64,000 nt of DNA from the human T2T-CHM13v2.0 reference genome, Homo sapiens. Positions 58,338 to 64,000 of this stretch are shown in pieces. The first letter of the stretch is position 1. Each line of letters begins with the position of its first letter. Made by a program: the position numbers and the translations under genes. Location: NCBI RefSeq assembly GCF_009914755.1, contig NC_060928.1, one strand, 5' to 3'. The notes beneath the pieces are model-generated. The model saw only the letters and a list, made by a program, of their open reading frames with translations. It searched no databases and was not told the origin of the DNA.

Positions 58338-58559
58338 CTAAGAGGTAGAGATGGCGGCAAGTACGTGCCATCACCTGCTTTCCTCCTTGCCCCCATCTTG
58401 GTTACCCCAGGAGCACTCTGTCACTGTGGATGTGCCTAATTCAGCCTAGCATGGCTGATTGCAGAGTTGTGGTTGGTGCTAATGAATATTGCTTTCATTT
58501 CTGTCAGCCCAGAGCACTTGTATCTAAAGAGACCCTCATATCATGGTGGTATTCCCATT

Positions 58560-59000
58560 CTCCCAGATAGGTACTTATTTTAGGGGTTAAAAAAAAATCT
58601 TTGTTTTCTTGTACCTTTTTAAAATGTAGAGTTGAAAAGCTACTCATCTTTATTTCCTATTCCCAGGAAGCCTGCTTTATAAACTTGAGGAGAGGGGGTT
58701 TCATGTACTTTTCTATTAGAAAAGGTATTACTTTGCCTTGAAATAATTTTCTGAAGAATCATTTGGGATTTTTTTATAGCTATGATGTACTTCTCATTTC
58801 TTAATTTCCTTCTCGAGCATGTATCTGTTTTGATCTTTGATTTCCTTTAAACTTACAGTGAGGTAAATGTATTCTCTTACCACCACCTTTGATGCATCCC
58901 AAATTATACCCCTTGGAATTGCTTCAGTATTATTCATTTCAAAATGGTTTCTCAACATTTCTTGAATTTCATTTATACAGGTAAAGTCTTTAAGCAAAAG
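58560..59000 (-). mobile_element. Highly diverged L1-clade ORF2 remnant (post-endonuclease region)
   Basis: ORF 58794-58997 reads EIQEMLRNHFEMNN...IIWDASKVVVRE, resembling L1 ORF2 EIKKFFETNE...LWDxxKAVxRG. Confidence 0.55.
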
Positions 59001-59714
59001 GTTATTTTGGGGCCAGTGCTCACAGAATCCTGAGCCTACTCAGCCTCCTGAGATGATTTCCTTTGGAAGCAACCCAGGAAAGAATTCAGGCTGAGAGCTA
59101 CAAAGCACAGCAAAATGGGCAGAGAATTAAATATATATATTGGAATGCATTTGCATTTAAAAACTAGAGTGGAATTCCTGATTTTTTCCCAAAGACCTAT
59201 TAGATTGATATGTTTGTTTATTTCATAATTTAATCTTTCAATTGCAGATTTAATATCCAATTAAACCCCCCTTTTAAAATAACACTGGCTTCAGAGGCAA
59301 ATTAGCATGTTAAGAAAAGAAGCGTGCTCATCATTTGAAGTCTGTATAGAGCTCAAGCAACGACAGTCGACCTCACTAAAAAGATGATTTCCAGTAGCCA
59401 AGTAGATGATTGGTGAAGTAATTATGTTATTTAGGGCCCTTCTCCAGTGCTGAAAGATGAATCACATTTGCATAGGTAAAAACAAAGACTCAAATGGGAG
59501 AAAATAAACCAAAGTTGTTTTGCAGAAACAAAGAAAAATAATGCTCAGTGGTGTCTCTTTCGGAAACATTTTCCTTCTGCTGCCAATCTATGCAGGCTGG
59601 AACCCAAATCCTCAGTGGAGCATTGAGTATGAAATCTGGGCATGTCTCTGAGGTTCCAGGTCCCCACAGAGTAGCTGCAGCATCATTGTAACACTCAGTG
59701 ACAGAAGCTAAGTT

Positions 59715-60547
<833 letters not shown>

Positions 60548-60688
60548 TTAAACAAATGGACAGCCCCTCTAAGGTGTCACTGAGAAGCACCACACATATA
60601 CAGGCTCCCCAAAATACCTATACACCCCACGTATTTCCTTTTCAGTTGTGTTGACAGACATTCCCAGCATCACTCTATTGCTTGAGGT

Positions 60689-61679
60689 CAGGACCAGCTT
60701 TAAGGGGGCACAAGCAGTGCAGTTGCACGTGGCCCCACATTTGGGATTAGGGCTCTGTGGTTGTGGTCACCATCTTGAAATTCTTAATCACTTTATTTGT
60801 GAATTCGTATTTTGTAAGTGAAATCCAATGGGACAATGGAGCATACATTGGGGTCTTTGGCTGACACATGGTCCAGCCTCCTGCTGACACCCTGGGATAG
60901 TTCTCAGTACCCATCTCCTTCCATAGCCCAAAGACCCAGGGCTGCCCTTGGCCCCCAGCAGGCTGGCAGCTCTACACTTTGCCAGGGGTGCCTCAGTGGG
61001 GGCAAGTCTCTGGCCTACCCCTGATCCAGGCACATAGCTGTCCTGGTACAGAGGTTGCAATATTCTTGGAGGTCATTTGTGCTTGTGAGGCTGACTCTGA
61101 GGGACTTTCCTGCCCTTGACCTGGAAATGGCTGGTTGATGCAGCAGCTGGTGGGAAGAAGGAATGGGACAGACATTAAGCCCCATGTGCCCTGAATGGTG
61201 GGGGAGAGCCCGGGCCTTCCTTGAGGGTGTGCACTCTCCCTGCAAGTAACCCTGTGCCTGGGCGAGTGTTGGTCCAGGCCCACTCCACCACTCGGGGAGC
61301 CTCTCTTCCTCCTTCCAACCTTGCAGACTCCGGCTTGTGTTTGTTTGTTCTGGCTAGCTGGAGGCACCTCCAGGGACAAGCCAAGAACTATGAATCGAGT
61401 AAATCCAGTGATTCTGCATACAAGTCAAATGCTCATATTTTCATTTAAAAGAGGTATTATACAATGTAAAGATGAAAGGTAAAACTCATGCTAATAATTT
61501 GAATTTTAATTTTTCTTTACTTAGAATGACATTAAAAAGCAAATAAAAAACAACATGACAAATGAAGAGAGAAACCGCAGAAGGTAGGAAAAAGCTTTAT
61601 ATTTTAGCACCTTTAACAGCACTTCTTTCCTGATTTTTGAATTGTGTGCCATGCCCAACAAATTATGTCACTGGTCCCG
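60689..61679. mobile_element. hAT-Tip100 relic (MER91/Zaphod-like termini)
   Basis: Left end CAGGACCAGCTT...GTGCAGTTGCAC...CATCTTGAAATTCTTAAT; right end CAAATTATGTCACTGGTCCCG; degenerate 8-bp TSD CTTGAGGT/TTTGGGGT. Confidence 0.65.
61303..61512 (+). repeat. Dispersed direct repeat (paralog of 56692-56897)
   Basis: About 89% identical to 56692-56897. Confidence 0.95.
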
Positions 61680-61738
61680 TTTTGGGGTTAGCATTATCTC
61701 TAGAAGACCCATTAGGATACCAGTGTGCTCTCTTAAGG

Positions 61739-61953
61739 CAGGAGTCGGTAAACTTTTTCTGTAAAGGGCCAGAGAGAGTATTTCAACATTGTAGGTTTTC
61801 CTAGTCATACAGTCTTTATCTTGACTACTTAACTCCCCCATCAGAGCGCAGAAACAGCCATGGACATTATGTAAATGCCAAGGCATAGCTATGTTTCAAT
61901 AAAACTTTATTTACAAATAGATGAGGCCATGGGCCATCATTTGCCAACTTCTG
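61739..61953. mobile_element. MER58A-like hAT-Charlie element
   Basis: CAGGAGTCGGTAAACTTTTTCTGTAAAGGGCCAG...CAATAAAACTTTATTTAC...TTTGCCAACTTCTG; TSD TCTT(A/G)AGG. Confidence 0.9.
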
Positions 61954-62049
61954 TCTTGAGGGGAAGAAAGACCATTCATGTCTCCTCTCAACCCCAGTGA
62001 CAACTCAGCGAGGGTCCATCTCAGAAGGTAGGCATAGGACCTCTCCCCA

Positions 62050-64000
62050 GTAGGAGATGAAGACCAGTCCTCACTCAAAAGTTTTGTTTTAGCAAGAATA
62101 ACCTGGAAAACTCTGAAAAAAGAAGAGCATAGTTTGAAGCATCCATAATTCAAACACTGTGGTATTGGCACATGACTGGACAGAAGGCACAATGGACAGA
62201 AATAGGCCCAGTTACATGTGGAACTGTATATATATATGATAAGGTGCTATCGCATATCAAGAAGGAGGAGTTGGACTTTTTAGTAAGTGATGTTGGGTTA
62301 ACTGAAAGGCCATATAGAAAATATAAAGTTGAATTTTTTCTTCACCCAGTCACAGTAAGATAAATTTCAAATGGGTCAAAAATTTAAAGGTAAATAAAAA
62401 TGAAACCATATACATATTAAAATAAAATATGGATGAATTCTCTTATAACATGGGAATGGGAAAACCCATCCTAACTATGACTCAAAATTCAGATGAAATA
62501 AGGAACAGATGAATAAATCATTACTTATCAACTTAAAATAACAAAACACTTTTGTATGGTGAGAAGCCACGTAAGCAAAGTAAAAAAGAAAGAAAATGAG
62601 TGACAAACTAAAAAAAAATTTGCAATGAATTTAAAATGTAGGATTGATTAACTAAATACTCTGTAGTCCTGAATTTGAATTAGAAGTATCAGCAAGAACT
62701 CAAAGTATATTTTATCTTTAAAATATAAGCTACAGACTGGGGAAAATATGTGCAAAAAACATATTTGATAAAGGACTATTATTTAAAATATACAAAGAAC
62801 TCTTAAAACTCGATGATAACAAACAACCCCATTAAACGACGGACCAAAGACCTTAACAGACACCTCACTAAAGAAGATACACAGATGGCAAATAAGCATA
62901 TGGAAAGATGTTCCCCATCATACGTCATCAGGGAACTGAAAATTAAAGCAACAATGAGATACTACTACGCACTCATTAGAATGGCCAAAATCCTAACACT
63001 GACAATACCAAAGGCTGGTAAAAATGTGGTGCAACAGAAATTCTCAACAGGATCTTCGCATTCCCTGCTGGTGGGAATGCAAAATGGTACAGCCACTTTG
63101 GAAGACAGTTTGGCAGTTTCTAACAAAGCTAAACATACTCTTACCAATCTCTGTCCCTTCTGCTCAATTTTTCTGAGAACATAAAACTGCTCTTTAAAAA
63201 AAAAAACCTCTTTTTAAAAATTAAAAAATAGATTGAAAAAATGCATATTTACTCTGAAAAAGCCCAGAAATAAAAACCAACCCTGTACCACTGAATATTC
63301 CTAGCGTCCAGATTGTGGTCTTTAAATGCCATTTCCACTAAAAGGAACCAGGGGGAATAACTGATTTCTCCAAGAGAAAAAGCTAATTCCAGGTCTAGGG
63401 TAGGAACTGTACAAGATGAGCCTGGGACATCTTGTTATATCAGACAGCACGCAAGACATCAAAGACCACTGGAGCCAGGTCAAAAGAACCCAGGAGCCAA
63501 CTTGCAGAGGCTCCCCAGAGACAAAAGTGGAATAATATGGCCATCAGTATGGAAAAAAAAACTGCAGTGGATTGAAACACACCAAATATGTTTAAATCCC
63601 TGAATCCAGAATAATACTTGAGAAAGAAACTCATTGATCACATTTAATGGATCAACAAACAACTAGGGAACCAGCAAACAACTTTGAACCAAGCATTTAT
63701 CTTGCCTTTCCTGCATGAATTACATCTCAACATTTCAGGATAACTAGACCACTGATAAAATGTTCGAATTTAGAAAATATGTGTTAATAAATGAAGAGGG
63801 AATAATAGAATTAGGAATGATCATCAGTGGCTGCTGACATTGCAAAAAGGGAGACAAAAAGTCATTATGTGCCTCTTGTGGGAGGTGCACAATGTCATCT
63901 TTAAAGTGTTGCCAAAATGTTGAACCTGAATCTTATTGAGACTTCATTCTAGATCGAAAAACCAATTTTAAAAAAAATACAATGGATAAAATTACATTTT
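62050..64000 (+). mobile_element. Old L1 fragments, including an L1MC/MD-like ORF2 C-terminal piece at ~62727-63205
   Basis: ORF 62813-63184 reads NNPIKRRTKDLNRHLTKEDTQMANKHMERCS...IRELKIKATMRY, the L1 ORF2 C-terminus; flanks resemble L1M ORF2 and 3' UTR. Confidence 0.85.

Noticed and set aside
58348-58358. YY1-like GAGATGGCGGC
   Set aside because: A single isolated motif with no CpG island or promoter context.
62813-63184. 123-aa ORF with real protein similarity
   Set aside because: Truncated L1 ORF2 C-terminus that shifts out of frame; not a host gene or an active element.

Overview
This window is primate (human-like) non-coding nuclear DNA, either intergenic or deep intronic. It is dominated by interspersed repeats: about 18 Alu/FLAM SINEs, MaLR/ERVL/ERV1 solo LTRs, hAT and TcMar DNA-transposon relics, and L1, HAL1, L2, CR1/L3 and MIR remnants. 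I recognise no protein-coding gene, RNA gene or CRISPR array. The ORFs in the supplied track are repeat-derived or chance. Repeat family names come from recalled consensus features, not a database search, so subfamily calls are provisional. Identities were counted by eye. I did not find a convincing new biological system. The most notable signal is a recurring set of short-range local copying events of different ages. (1) A ~260-bp tandem duplication in which each copy carries a different Alu at the same site. (2) A 152-bp segment copied 2.3 kb downstream into the start of an LTR. (3) A ~185-bp inverted copy of a HAL1 fragment. (4) A ~206-bp copy 4.6 kb away. (5) An Alu-internal minisatellite, a perfect 31-bp VNTR and fold-back junctions. 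Also present are a four-insertion nested LTR cluster, a CR1/L3 reverse transcriptase fossil, and a candidate spliced and polyadenylated + strand lncRNA 3' end near 19.4-20.2 kb.
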